Source: Candidatus Dormiibacterota bacterium
Lineage (GTDB): Bacteria; Chloroflexota; Dormibacteria; Aeolococcales; Aeolococcaceae
Assembly (NCBI GenBank): GCA_963819095.1
Contig: CAWFUO010000012.1
Location: 145,701-209,700 of the forward strand
Length of the DNA: 64,000 bases
Reading direction: 5' to 3'
The position numbers and the translations under genes are program-made. This document shows positions 48,428-59,561 of this stretch, piece after piece. How positions within the stretch are numbered: the stretch's first letter is position 1; each line of letters starts with the position of its first letter. The notes beneath the pieces are model-generated. The model saw nothing but the letters and a program-made list of their open reading frames with translations. It was not told the DNA's origin and searched no databases.

Positions 48428-49432
48428 GTGGATATCGCGGTCGTCGTGAATGGCGGCATGGTCGAAACGCTGCAGGCCACGCCGCTGCTGCGCACCCTGC
48501 GCGCCGGCTATCCGACGGCTCGGATCGCACTCGTCTGCCCCACGACGGCCGTCGAGCTGGCCGACGGCATCCCGCCGGTCGACCTGGTCATCCCGCTCGC
48601 CGAACTCCGAGGCGGCCATACCGGGGGCCTGCGCCTCTGGGCGACCCTGCGCGGCCTGCGGCTCGACTCCGTGTTCCTCTGCACCTCGGGGCCGGCACCC
48701 GCCACCGCGGCGTACTTCGCGGGCATTCCGCAGCGCAGCGGCGTGGGCGGCGGCATCGGACTGCTCCTCACCGGCCGGGTCAAGCCTCGTCGCGCCGAGA
48801 ACCAGGCCGAGACCTGGCTGCGGCTTGCGGAGGTGGCCGGCGTCCACCAGCAGCTCCACACCCCGGTCTACGAGCCGGGTCCCGAGGCCCGGCGCCGGGC
48901 CGTTGATCTGCTCCACGGCAGCGGGCTCGGCGACGGACGTCTCCTCGTCGCGATCGCGCCGGGCGCCGGCTACGCCGAGAACCCCGCAGCATCGGCGGCG
49001 GCGACCGTCTGGGACCCGGAGCGCTGGGCCCACCTGGCCAACCTCCTCGCCCAGCGCCACGGCGCCGGCATCCTCCTGGTCGGCTCCGCGCATGATCGTC
49101 TCGCCGCCGAGCACATGAAGGTCGACCTGCGTGCCGCCGCGACCGACCTCGTCGGCGAGGTCGACCTCGCGACGCTCGCCGGGGTGATCGCCCGGTGCGA
49201 CCTGCTCATCGGCAGCGACACGCCGCTCATCCAGCTCGCTGCCGCGATGGACACGCCAACGGTGGGGCTCTTCGGGCCGACCGACGGCGCTCGCGGCGGC
49301 GCATACGGCCCGGCGCACCGCGTCGTCCAGGCAATCGCCCCGCCGCGCTACGAGGACGGTCTGAGCGCCGTGGCGACGATGGACCAGATCCGCGTCGAGG
49401 ACGTGCTCGCCGGGATCGAGGCAACGCTCTGA
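48428..49432 (+). CDS. glycosyltransferase family 9 (heptosyltransferase-like)
   Basis: GT9 motifs: N-terminal ...ALVCP..., C-terminal LLIGSDTPLIQLAAAMDTPTVGLFGPTD. Confidence 0.7.
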   Translation: MDIAVVVNGGMVETLQATPLLRTLRAGYPTARIALVCPTTAVELADGIPPVDLVIPLAELRGGHTGGLRLWATLRGLRLDSVFLCTSGPAPATAAYFAGIPQRSGVGGGIGLLLTGRVKPRRAENQAETWLRLAEVAGVHQQLHTPVYEPGPEARRRAVDLLHGSGLGDGRLLVAIAPGAGYAENPAASAAATVWDPERWAHLANLLAQRHGAGILLVGSAHDRLAAEHMKVDLRAAATDLVGEVDLATLAGVIARCDLLIGSDTPLIQLAAAMDTPTVGLFGPTDGARGGAYGPAHRVVQAIAPPRYEDGLSAVATMDQIRVEDVLAGIEATL

Positions 49433-49439
49433 GCCCGAG

Positions 49440-49968
49440 TGATCTGCTGGTGATCCTGCCCAAGGTTCGGGACCCGCGCTTCATCACCGTGCGTCGCGGC
49501 GGGACACTGCAGGATGGCGACCATCACCTGCTCGCGATGTGGGCGGCCGCCTGCGCCGAGCATGTGCTGCACCATTTCGAGCAGGCGCGGCCGGACGACG
49601 ACCGTCCACGCCGGGCCATCGACCTCGGGCGTGCCTGGGCGCGGGGTGAGATCACGTGGTGGGAGGCCCGCACAGCGGCTGGTCATGCGAACGCCGCGGC
49701 CAGAGACCTGAGTGGCGCACCACGGCATGCCGCATACGCTGCCGGCCAGGCTGCGGGAGTGGGCCACGTGGCGGCCCACGAGCTCGGAGCCGCCGCCTAC
49801 GCGATCAAGGCGGCGCGGGCGGCGGTTGGGACCGTCGGCGACGGCATCGAGGCCGGCCGCGTGGAGTGCCGGTGGCAGCGCGCCCAACTCCCCGACAAGA
49901 TCCGAGACCTGGTCCTCGACGATGAGCGGCTGCGCAACGAGCTGTGCTGGTTTGTCTTCGACTGCTGA
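49440..49968 (+). CDS. helical protein resembling the putative-immunity-protein family (uncertain)
   Basis: HHLLAMWAAACAEHVLHHFE...RAIDLGRAWARGEITWWEARTAAGHANAAAR... Ala-rich helical repeat pattern recalled from proteins annotated as putative immunity proteins. Start codon unclear. Confidence 0.4.
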
Positions 49969-49971
49969 TCC

Positions 49972-50979
49972 CTACCGGATATACATCAGCGCGCGCTTGA
50001 GTACGTCGAGGTTGTCCAGCGCATAGCCGGTCCCCCGCACCACGCACAACTGCGGCTGGCTCTCGCGGTGCACCTCGATCCCGGTCGCGGCGGCTATCGC
50101 GCTGTCAAGCCCTTCCAGCTGCGCGCCGCCCCCGCAGAGCAGGATCCCCTCACGCCGGATGTCGGCCATCAGCCGTTCGGGCGTGTCGGCGATCACCGCG
50201 TCGAGTGCCGTGAGGATCGGGCGCACGTGCGCGTCGAGGCATGCGTTCAGCTCGGTCGACGTGATCGAGAACTCTGCTCCCCGAACTCGCCATTGGCGTC
50301 CTTGCCCATGACGTCGAGGCGGCGCTCCTCGTGCGGACCCACCCGGGCGAGCGACGCGATCACCTCCTCCACCGTCGCAGCGTCGAGGGTCACCTGGTGC
50401 TCGCGGCGGATGTGGTCGGCGATGCAGGCGTGCAGCCGCATCCCGCCATGGCCGCTGAGGCAGCGCCCGCTCACCGTCCCCTCAAGCGCGAGCGCGGCGA
50501 CGTCGGTCTTGCCGGCGCCGATATCGACGATCAGGTGGCCGTTGGGTCCGCTGAGCCGGATGCCCGCGCCCATCGCGGCGGCGAGCGGCGCATCGAGCAA
50601 GTACGCCGTCCGGGCCCCGGCGAGCGCCGCCGCCTCGAGCAGCGACCGCCGCTGACCACCCGGCAGTGACGACATCACCGCGATCACGACGTCCGGTTTG
50701 AAGATGCGCTGACGCCCGGCGGCGCGGATCATCGCGTGGTTGATGAGCCAGCGCGCCGACGCCGCGTCGGCGATCTGGCCGCCGGCGATCGGGCGTTTGA
50801 GCTGGAACTCGGGATCCTGGGCCTGGGTCTCGAAGGCCGCCTCGCCGAACACGGCGGCCTGCACGCCGCCGTCGCGTATCGCCACCGCGGTCGGTTCGCT
50901 GGCGATCATGCCCTCACCCTTGACGATGATCCGTGTCGTCGTCGTGCCGAGGTCGATGCCGACCTTCTTGCCCAGCACT
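49972..50979 (-). CDS. mreB: rod-shape-determining protein MreB (actin-like), single frameshift near 50240
   Basis: GIDLGTTTT phosphate-1 motif, DIGAGKTDVA. The C-terminal 84 aa (ILLCGGGAQLEGLD...) sit in a different frame (ORF 49972..50226). Confidence 0.7.
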
Positions 50980-50992
50980 TCTTTCGGGTGTC

Positions 50993-52297
50993 TCAGTCGC
51001 CGACCACGCCGGTGAGGTCGCGCACCTCGGTGCCGGGTTCGTCGGTGACGAGTCGTTCGATATCCGCGCCGAGCCCGGCGAGCTTGGTCTCGAGGTCGTC
51101 GTACCCGCGTTCGAGGTGGAAGACGCGGTCGAGCTCGGTGGTCCCGTTGGCGCACAGTCCCGCGATGACGAGTGCCGCGCCGCTGCGAATGTCCGGGATG
51201 CTCATGCGCGTGCCGTGCAGCCGGGCCGGTCCGTTGATGACCGCGCTGCGTCCGTCGATCGCGATGTGCGCGCCCATCTTCTGCAGGAACTCGACGTGGC
51301 GAAATCGGTTCTCGTACAAAGCTTCGCTGATCACGCTCGTGCCCGTCGCCTGGGTCATGAGCGCGCAGAACTGCGGTTGCATGTCGGTGGCAAACCCGGG
51401 GTGCGGCCACGTGGTCATGTCGACGGCGCGCAGGTGCGAGCACGTCACACGCACGTGGTTCGCGCCCTCGACGATGTCGCACCCCGCCGAGCGGAGCTTG
51501 CTGAACAGCCAGCGCAGGTCACTCGGTCGCATGTGCTCGACAACGACATCGCCGTACGTCGCCGCCGCCGCGATCATGTACGTGCCGGCCTCGATGTAGT
51601 CGGCGGTGATGTTGTGCGTCGTGCCATGCAGCAGGCCACCGCTGCCTTCGATGACGATCAGCTCGGTGCCAACGCCGGTGATGTGCGCACCCATGCCGAT
51701 GAGGCAGCGCGCCAGGTCGTAGACGTGGGGCTCGCGGGCGGCGTTGCTGATGACGGTGATGCCCTCCGCGAGCACCGCCGCCATCATCAGGTTCTCGGTT
51801 CCCGTGACCGTGGGCATGTCGAGCGCGATGCGCGCACCGTGCAGGCGACGCGCCCGCGCCACGTACCCGCCCTCTCGCTCCTCCACCTCGGCGCCCATGA
51901 GGCGCAGGCCCTCCAGGTGCTGCTCGACGCGGCGCATGCCGATGTCATCACCGCCGGGCTTGGCGATGCTCGCCTCACCGGCCCGCGCCACCAGCGCGCC
52001 GAGGAGCAGGAACGAGCCGCGCATCCGCCCGCTCAGGGTGGGGTCCACCTCGGTGGTTCGCAGCTCGGCGGCGTGGAGCCGCCAGGTGTTGGTGTCGGGG
52101 TGCTCGACCTTGACGCCCACGTGCTCGAGCATCGACGCCATCGTGGAGATGTCCTCGATATCCGGGACGTTGCCCAGCTCGACCTCCTGGTCGGTGAGCA
52201 GTGCCGCAGCCATCACCGGCAGCGATGCGTTCTTGCTCCCGGAGGTCGCGACGTGTCCTTCGAGCCGGCGTCCGCCACGGATACGGAGGAGTTCCAT
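50993..52297 (-). CDS. murA: UDP-N-acetylglucosamine 1-carboxyvinyltransferase
   Basis: 434 aa. LRIRGG..L.G.V..SGSKNA N-terminus. Confidence 0.9.
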   Translation of the reverse strand: MELLRIRGGRRLEGHVATSGSKNASLPVMAAALLTDQEVELGNVPDIEDISTMASMLEHVGVKVEHPDTNTWRLHAAELRTTEVDPTLSGRMRGSFLLLGALVARAGEASIAKPGGDDIGMRRVEQHLEGLRLMGAEVEEREGGYVARARRLHGARIALDMPTVTGTENLMMAAVLAEGITVISNAAREPHVYDLARCLIGMGAHITGVGTELIVIEGSGGLLHGTTHNITADYIEAGTYMIAAAATYGDVVVEHMRPSDLRWLFSKLRSAGCDIVEGANHVRVTCSHLRAVDMTTWPHPGFATDMQPQFCALMTQATGTSVISEALYENRFRHVEFLQKMGAHIAIDGRSAVINGPARLHGTRMSIPDIRSGAALVIAGLCANGTTELDRVFHLERGYDDLETKLAGLGADIERLVTDEPGTEVRDLTGVVGD

Positions 52298-52402
52298 CTC
52301 CGCTTACCGTACTCGACGGCGGCCGCTCACCGGGCAGTTGCCGACCGGGTAGATTAGAGAGTGGCAGTCCAGTCGGATCGCCGGCATATATCGGAGACGC
52401 CC

Positions 52403-53479
52403 ATGGCTACAGCAACCCTTCCCTCGAACGAGACCATTGAACAGTTGCTCGGCGAGGACGCCTCCTCGCTGCTCGAGCATGAGTGCGAGACGGTTCCCAA
52501 GTCGACGCTGCACCTGCCGGGGCCTGATTTTGTCGACCGTATCTGGGCCGGCACCGACCGCTCCAACCGGGTCCTCCGCAACATCTCGGCGCTCTACCAG
52601 CACGGCCGTCTCGGCGGGACAGGCTACATGTCGATCCTTCCGGTCGACCAGGGCATCGAGCACTCGGCGGGTGCGTCGTTCGCGCCCAACCCCGAGTATT
52701 TCGATCCGGGCAAGCTCGTGGAACTCGCCGTCGAGGGCGGATGCAACGCCTTCGCCTCGACGTTCGGCGTGCTCGCCGCGGTATCGCGGCACTGGGCGCA
52801 TCGCATCCCGTTCATCGTCAAGCTCAACCACAACGAGCTGCTGACCTACCCGAACAAGTTCGACCAGATCATGTTCGGCACGGTCAAGGAAGCCTGGAAC
52901 CTCGGGGCGGTCGCTGTCGGCGCGACCATCTACTTCGGATCGGAGGAGGCGGACCGCCAGATCCAGGAAGTGTCCGTGGCGTTCGCCGCGGCCCACGAGC
53001 TCGGAATGGCCACGATCCTCTGGTGCTACCTGCGCAATGCGGCGTTCAAGAAGGACGGTGTCGACTACTCGCTCGCGGCCGACCTCACCGGACAGGCGAA
53101 TCACATCGGCGTCACGATCGAGGCGGACATCATCAAGCAGAAGCTGCCGACCACCAACGGCGGGTACACAGCGCTGAACTTCGGCAAGACCAACGACGCC
53201 GTGTACACCAAGCTGACGTCCGATCATCCGATCGATCTCTGCCGCTACCAGGTGCTCAGCTGCTACGCGGGACGTGTGGGCCTGATCAACTCCGGTGGCG
53301 AGTCCATTGGTGCCGGCGACCTCGCCGCGGCGGTGAAGACCGCGGTGATCAACAAGCGTGCAGGCGGGACGGGATTGATCAGCGGGCGTAAGGCGTTTCA
53401 GCGCCCGATGCGCGACGGCGTGCATCTGCTCAACTCGATCCAGGACGTCTACCTGAACGAGCAGATCACGATCGCGTAG
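52403..53479 (+). CDS. fbaB: class I fructose-bisphosphate aldolase (FbaB/DhnA type)
   Basis: Near-collinear identity to the E. coli FbaB pattern: [49 protein letters not shown] and C-terminal [10 protein letters not shown]. Confidence 0.9.
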   Translation: MATATLPSNETIEQLLGEDASSLLEHECETVPKSTLHLPGPDFVDRIWAGTDRSNRVLRNISALYQHGRLGGTGYMSILPVDQGIEHSAGASFAPNPEYFDPGKLVELAVEGGCNAFASTFGVLAAVSRHWAHRIPFIVKLNHNELLTYPNKFDQIMFGTVKEAWNLGAVAVGATIYFGSEEADRQIQEVSVAFAAAHELGMATILWCYLRNAAFKKDGVDYSLAADLTGQANHIGVTIEADIIKQKLPTTNGGYTALNFGKTNDAVYTKLTSDHPIDLCRYQVLSCYAGRVGLINSGGESIGAGDLAAAVKTAVINKRAGGTGLISGRKAFQRPMRDGVHLLNSIQDVYLNEQITIA

Positions 53480-53498
53480 TCGGTCATACTTTCGGTCG

Positions 53499-53999
53499 GT
53501 GGAATACCAGGAGATCCCTCGAAGCGGCGACGAGCGGTCGACGCTGCTCGCCTTTCTCGAGTGGCAGCGCGAGACGCTCGCCCGCAAGTGCGCGGGCCTG
53601 GCTCCCGACCAGCTGCGCATGCGCTCGGCAGAGCCTTCAACTCTGTCGCTGCTCGGCCTGGTGCGCCACATGGCCGATGTCGAGCGTGGTTGGTTCCGCG
53701 TCACGCTCGCCGGTGAGGAACTGCCCGAGCGCTACTCGACGGACGATGATGTCGATGGGGACTTCAACCACGTCGATACGGCAGATGTCGACGAGGCATT
53801 CGCCAGCTGGCACGAGGAGTGCGGCCGGGCTGACGACATCATCTCCCGCCGTGCGCTCGACGCTACCGGGAAGCAGCGGACGGGTCGTGAGGTGTCGATG
53901 CGCTGGATCCTCAATCACATGATCGAGGAGTACTCGCGGCACAACGGCCACGCGGACCTTCTCCGCGAACGGATCGACGGCGCGACCGGCTACGACTGA
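53499..53999 (+). CDS. DinB/DUF664 family (mycothiol-dependent maleylpyruvate isomerase N-terminal-like) protein
   Basis: 166 aa with the DinB_2 four-helix pattern and conserved H..D/E..H residues (RHMADVE...HNGHADLLRE). Confidence 0.65.
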   Translation: MEYQEIPRSGDERSTLLAFLEWQRETLARKCAGLAPDQLRMRSAEPSTLSLLGLVRHMADVERGWFRVTLAGEELPERYSTDDDVDGDFNHVDTADVDEAFASWHEECGRADDIISRRALDATGKQRTGREVSMRWILNHMIEEYSRHNGHADLLRERIDGATGYD

Positions 54000-54104
54000 C
54001 CCACTGGGCCAGTGCAGCCGGTGCGCCGTTTCCCTGCCGCCGTTACGCCAGGAGTCCGTTCCGCCGTTGCAAGTGAACCCCTGTATCGCTTCGAGGGCGG
54101 TGCC

Positions 54105-54863
54105 TCAGTGAGTGGTGAACCGAATTGAGTTCACGACGCGGCTCAACGCAGCCCGATCAGCTTGAGAGGTATCAGGTGAGTACGTTGCGTCCACAACCAG
54201 ACGCTGACCCTTGACGTCGAGGACCCACAACCGGTCGACCTGGCCGGGGACCTCCTCGTAGCGGTCGTTCTCGGTGTCGTCCTTGGCAAACCAGCTGACG
54301 AAGTCGCGATCGACGCCGTCGGAACCGAGGTCGCAGGTGTCGAAGTCGGTCCAAGTGCTCGATTTCATGTCAGCGGGAACCGACCACTCGAGATATTTGC
54401 CCGCGTATCCGCCGAGGGTGGCGTCAGTCGGCGTGGTGGCGTTGCGCATCTTCTGGGCGACGAACGCGGCAACGAGGTTTTCGACGCTCGGCCCCGGGTC
54501 GAACTCCTGGCCCTGCCAGTGGCACGGGTCGCGGACGACCTGTCCGACGTCCCACACACTGAGGCCCAGCACCGGCCTGCGCTGTCCTGTCTCGGGATAC
54601 TTGTCGACGAATGCGGCACCCAAGTCGAACCACCCGGCGGGCACGACCACGGTGTAGCCGGAAGTGCCGCCCGCCACTTGCAGTGCGTGCGTCCCGGCCC
54701 GGAGGGTCGTGACGCCGGGAGCGAACGGAGCAGTTGGCGTCTGCGCGGGCGTTGTGCCCGGTGAGGATCTGGAGGTCGGGTCCGGGCTTGCCGTGCATCC
54801 GCTTGCCAGAAGCGCGGCGGCCGTGACGGCCACGAGGGTGATGGCGCGCGATCGATCATGCAT
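54105..54863 (-). CDS. hypothetical lipoprotein
   Basis: MHDRSRAITLVAVTAAALLASGC lipobox. Confidence 0.5.
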   Translation of the reverse strand: MHDRSRAITLVAVTAAALLASGCTASPDPTSRSSPGTTPAQTPTAPFAPGVTTLRAGTHALQVAGGTSGYTVVVPAGWFDLGAAFVDKYPETGQRRPVLGLSVWDVGQVVRDPCHWQGQEFDPGPSVENLVAAFVAQKMRNATTPTDATLGGYAGKYLEWSVPADMKSSTWTDFDTCDLGSDGVDRDFVSWFAKDDTENDRYEEVPGQVDRLWVLDVKGQRLVVDATYSPDTSQADRAALSRVVNSIRFTTH

Positions 54864-55179
54864 CTTGTTTGTCCTCACGTCGCTCAGCAGGCGCGGTGGC
54901 CACGCACAAAGACACACGTATCAATCTGCCGAGCCACCGACGGCACGACGACGATCTGTGCCGGCGACGAGGCGGTAGCGTTCGACGCCTTCAGCGTGTA
55001 GCCAATCGAGCCTCCAATCGCCAACGCGCTAGCCAGTGCCAGGAAACTGGCCGCCACGCGCGCGGGAAAGGTATGCAGTGTCAGTGCCTGCATGTCTGAG
55101 ACCTCCACGCGGATCCGGCCATCAGCGGTCTGTCGATCCACACCCCTTCTGCGCCAGAAACCTTCTGGCGACGCCAGAC

Positions 55180-55285
55180 GGTCACGCGCAAGGAGCGGTT
55201 GCGCGACATGGTCACGCGCGACGGGCGGGAGCGCGAGCGCAACAGCGTCACGCGCGACGGGCGGGAGCGCGATACGGCGCGCAGC
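55180..55285. repeat. three tandem ~36-nt direct repeats (GTCACGCGCGACGGGCGGGAGCGCGA core) preceded by two palindromes
   Basis: The 26-nt core is perfectly duplicated at 55211-55236 and 55248-55273, with a degenerate copy at 55181-55206. Palindromes TTCTGCGCCAGAA and TCTGGCGACGCCAGA lie at ~55147-55178. Confidence 0.75.
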
Positions 55286-55286
55286 C

Positions 55287-58059
55287 CTATCGTCGTGCTG
55301 GAGACGACCTTCCCGAGTGCTCGTTCGCGAAGAGCCAACTGGTCGGTTCGGCGGGGTCGTAGACGCAGAACGTGCCGGTCCGCACCGATCGGCGCAGGTG
55401 TCGGCCCAGTGCCGGATGCGACACCTCGATGTGGCTGAGCGCGTCGCGGATGCGCCCGGTGACGGCCTTGCGTGCCCGCTCGGCAGGGTCGAGAACCAGT
55501 CGGGATCGACCGCCCAAACCAACCGCCGCTGCAAGCTCGGCGAGGAGGAAATCGTGCTCAGCTCGGGCACGGCTCGCTCGCTCAGGATCGTTATCGGCCT
55601 CAGCGTCGGCGATCTCCTCCGCGAGGTCGGCGAGACGCGCTCGGTATTGAGCCCGCGCCTCCGCATCGAGCGCCTCTCCTGCGTTGGCCTCAGTCCCGAA
55701 CCCCAACCCCGAGGCCGCAGCGCCGCGTCCGGCATCGCTCGGACGATCCCTGCTTGCGAGATCGACGGCCGCGATGCCCTTGCCGGGTGAGGCGAGCAGC
55801 CACGCGATGTCGTGCAGCCCTTTGCTGTCCTTGGCGCGCACCAGGACGCCGCCATACGTCAGCGACCAGTAATCCCCCTCCTGGATAAAGGCGTTGTCAC
55901 CACTGCCCATGGCGCCAGGTGCCGGAAGCATGGTCTGCGGCAAGCCGGGATCCAATGGCGTCGTCTCGCCTCGACCGAATCGCACGGCCTCCGCCAGCGA
56001 CATTTCCGCCCCATGGCGCAACAACGTGTCACAGAGGTCATCGCCAAGCAGCGTCCGCGCATCGCGCTGCGTCATCTCAAGCCACTCTGCTTCGCGGCGA
56101 AAGATCACCCCCAAGCGCTTGAGCAACTCACTCGCCGCACCGACGAGCCGAAGATAGCGCTCCGGACCCTCTTCGCTCACGACGGCGATCCGCGCCAGTC
56201 CGACCAATGCGTAGGCCGCGTCAAACCGGTCGCCGAATTGACCGCCGATCTCAAGTTGCTCCTTCCAGTTGACCGCGGCTGCTGCCTGCGCACCGCGCTC
56301 GAATTCGATGCAGGCGAGCGTGTCGAGCATGGATCCGCGTTTCAAGCGATCGCCGATAACGCGGGCCATTTCGATGCCTTCCTCGACCGTCACGCGTGCC
56401 GCGGCGAGATCTCCTGCCAGGAAGAGTGTGTAGCTGCGGGCCGCCAGGAAATCCACAAGAGCCACGCGGTCGTCCGCTCGCCTCAGATGCGGCTCCGCTT
56501 GTGCGAGGAGCGGCAGCGTGCGCGCAGCCCAGCCGTCAGCGCTTTCGATGGACTCGATCAGCGCCAGATGGTGCAGCCCGCGGCCAATGCACAGATCGCT
56601 ACCCAACTCCTCGGCGAGCTCGAGGCATTCCTTTCCGAACCGGCGCGCCTCGTCAAACGCCCCGCAACGAGTGGCCCATGCCGTCGCCTGATCGAGTGCG
56701 TGAGCTCGCAGCTCGTCTCGGGTCGCGTATATGTTCAACGCTCTTCCCAGCCACTCGCGGCCCTCGGCTGGGCTGTTGACGAACCAGTAGCGCTCCAGCG
56801 CGAGACCGAGCGATAGCGCTGCCCGAGGACGATTCGTCAGCGCCCAACCGAAGCAGGCTCTGAAATTGTCCAGCTCGTCCACGACTCGAGCCATCCCCGC
56901 AATCTGGCTCGCTCCTCGCAGCTCTCGAGACACGTCATCGCCAAAAGCGAAAAAGAAATCGGCATGGCTGCGACGCGCGGCGTGGACCTCATCGGCTTCC
57001 GAGAGACGATCGAAGGCGTACTGCCGGATGGGTTCGAGCAGCCGATACCGTCCAGAACGACCAGCATCGTGTTGAGAAGTCAGCAATGACTTGTCGACGA
57101 GGCTTGTGAGCGTCTCGAGCACGTTGATGGCGGTTGCCTCGAGGGCATCGGCATTACACACTGCCTCCGCAGCCCCCAACGGGAAACCGCCCGCGAACAC
57201 GGCCAGCCGTCGGAACAGCTCGCTGCTCTTCATGGCCCAGCAGGCCGTGGCTCCAGTCGAACGTGGCCTTGAGCGTCCGCTGTCGCGGCATCGCGACACG
57301 CGAGCCTCCCACCAGAAGCGTGAACTGATCGTCGATACGTTCAGCGATTGCATTGATCGACATGCTCCGTAGACGTGCCGCGACAAGCTCGATCGCCAGG
57401 GGGATTCCGTCCAATCGCTGGCAAATCCGGGCTGTCGACGATGCGTTGGCATCCGAGACGCGAAAACCCGGACGCGCCGCGTCCCCACGTTGCATAAGCA
57501 GCTGGACCGCTTCACAGCGCTGCAGGTCTTCCAGGGTGTAGGGGCGCTCCGGGTCCGGAGTGGCCATGGAAGGGACCGGCCACGTCACTTCACCATCAAC
57601 TCCGAGCACTTGACGGCTGGTCGCCAGGATCCGTAGCCCGGAGCAGTGCTTCAGGAGCTCGCTGGTTAACTGTGCGCACGCGTCAACGAGATGTTCGCAG
57701 TTGTCCAGAACGCACAGAACGTCACGTGCCTCCAGAAAATTCATCAGTGAATCTATCGGTGGCTTCACGGGATGGGTCATGGAGCCAAGTGCCGTGAGCA
57801 TCGTCTGCGGGACAAGTTCAGGATCTACCAGCCCCGCGAGTTCCACGAGCCAAACACCGTGCTCATACTCGGAGACCAGCCTGGACGCCACCTCGAGTGC
57901 GAGCCGCGTCTTGCCGATGCCGCCCGCGCCGGTGAGGGTGACCAGATGCGCCCGAGACACCACCTCGGCAATATCCTCGACCTCAGATTCGCGTCCAACG
58001 AAGCTTGTGAGCTGAAGCGGCAGGTTCGTCCGCTCCGGGCCATGAGATGTCGAGGGCAT
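55287..58059 (-). CDS. STAND NTPase: N-terminal NB-ARC/AAA + winged-helix + TPR array + unrecognised ~250-aa C-terminal domain. One frameshift near 57240
   Basis: FVGRESEVEDI...LTGAGGIGKTRLALEVA P-loop. hhhhDN GxP-like LDNCEH. FRRLAVFAGGFPLGAAEAVC WH. TPR-like helices. C-terminal EGDYWSLTYGGVLVRAKDSKGLHDIAWLL... segment. The two track ORFs overlap 57154-57515 in different frames. Confidence 0.7.
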
Positions 58060-58272
58060 CCGGCCACTCCCTACCTACGTTGAAACGCGATCGTAGCTCT
58101 GTACCGGGCGGGAGTCATCACTCACGGTGCAGACGTGCCGGTCTGTCGTTCGCCGCGGAGGCGTGGTGAGGCGGTGCGGCGGCTTGCCGAGGCGCCGCGG
58201 CCGCACGATCTGCCCCGAACTCAGTGCACCAGGCCGACGAACCTCCTCTCCCCATCACCCACGCGCGAGAGG

Positions 58273-59547
58273 CTAGGCCGGCGCCCGCGGCAACGTCCAC
58301 GACTGGTACGTGTGCGACGGCGGGATCACCAGGACCCGCTGCCCGTCGGACTTGACCAACCGCCAGCCGCCCTCATGCACATTCCAGTGATGTCGATGGC
58401 AGAGCAGCACCATGTTCGGCACGTCGGTGACGCCGCCGTGGCCCCAGAACAGGACATGGTGCGCGTTGGTCCAGGAGGCGGGCCGATCGCACCCGGGCCA
58501 GACACATCCCTTGTCGCGCACGCGCAGTGCGGTCCGCCCAGCCCCTGATGGCACCCGAAGCGTCCGTCCCACATCGATCACCGCGGAATCAGCACCCAGC
58601 AGCACTCGCCGGATGCTCGCGTCGCAGGCGAGCCGCTGCACCGTCGCCGCCGGCACAACCCCGGCGAACTCGAGGTCGCCCCCGGGCGCGCCGACCAATC
58701 CCCTCACGGTCTCCACTGAGGCAGTGAGTTGCAGATGGGTGCGGGTCGCGCCCCTCTGCGTGGTGAACCCATGGTCGAGCGAGTGCATGGCAAGTTCCAC
58801 CAGGCCGTCGGCCAAGCGACGGGCACGGGAGCGCTCGTCGCCCACACCAACGCGGCGCGACAGCTGCTCAACCGCAACCCGAACAGCGGCGCCGCCCACA
58901 GCGTCGAGCAGTCCACGAAAGGCAAGCCGGCCGTCCTCACACTTGGAGAACTCGAGGCGCCGGGACTCCACCGACGACACGTTCTCGGCGAGCACCGCAG
59001 CGGCGTCGCCCACATGGCGCGCGTGGTCGCAGTCGTACCCAAAGGCGCCGACCGAGTGCTCAATCGCAAGATCGAGCAATGGGCGCTCCTGGAAGGTCCC
59101 CGTCGCCTTGAGGGCCCGCTCCGTACTCGCAAGCAGCGCGAGGTGCGCGAACCCGATTCGCCCCTCCTCGAGTGCGGCGACACTCGCCGGAAGGTGCTCA
59201 GCCTCCTCGCCGGTGGTGAGCGACCGGCCCGCGGCGCCGCCGGCCATGCGGCATTGATGGCGGATCCAATTGAGCGGCGAGGTCGACCCCTGCGCCGCGG
59301 CTTCGTCGGTGGCAGCGAACGCGGCCGCCTCGCGCCCGAAACGGAGCTCGAGGAGATCGATGCCATGGCGGAGCCGGATCAGGCGCTCGCCGAGCTCGAA
59401 CGGGGTGACGTCACCGGCCGTCGTGGCAACGAACAACTCGATGCCCGACAGCAGCCGTTCGAGCGATCCGGCATTGTCCTCGCCATCACACATTTCCGTA
59501 GTATATACAGATCCGTGTACGTGGAGGCCATAGCGAACCCCGCCCAA
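58273..59547 (-). CDS. DUF222 + HNH endonuclease domain protein (REP13E12-like family)
   Basis: N-terminal DUF222-like region. C-terminal HNH: CVWPGCDRPASWTNAHHVLFW...LCHRHHWNVHEGGW. Confidence 0.8.
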   Translation of the reverse strand: MGGVRYGLHVHGSVYTTEMCDGEDNAGSLERLLSGIELFVATTAGDVTPFELGERLIRLRHGIDLLELRFGREAAAFAATDEAAAQGSTSPLNWIRHQCRMAGGAAGRSLTTGEEAEHLPASVAALEEGRIGFAHLALLASTERALKATGTFQERPLLDLAIEHSVGAFGYDCDHARHVGDAAAVLAENVSSVESRRLEFSKCEDGRLAFRGLLDAVGGAAVRVAVEQLSRRVGVGDERSRARRLADGLVELAMHSLDHGFTTQRGATRTHLQLTASVETVRGLVGAPGGDLEFAGVVPAATVQRLACDASIRRVLLGADSAVIDVGRTLRVPSGAGRTALRVRDKGCVWPGCDRPASWTNAHHVLFWGHGGVTDVPNMVLLCHRHHWNVHEGGWRLVKSDGQRVLVIPPSHTYQSWTLPRAPA

Positions 59548-59561
59548 CTCCGGCGCAGACC

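Noticed and set aside
54114-54136. Inverted repeat GTGAACCGAATTGAGTTCAC considered as a bidirectional terminator after the DinB-like gene
   Set aside because: It lies inside the C-terminal coding region of the minus-strand lipoprotein ORF (stop at 54105), so it cannot be a shared intergenic terminator as first assumed.
55081-55338. 85-aa minus-strand ORF with SRSRPSRVT peptide repeats
   Set aside because: The repeats are the translation of the intergenic DNA tandem repeats. There is no start context and no homology.
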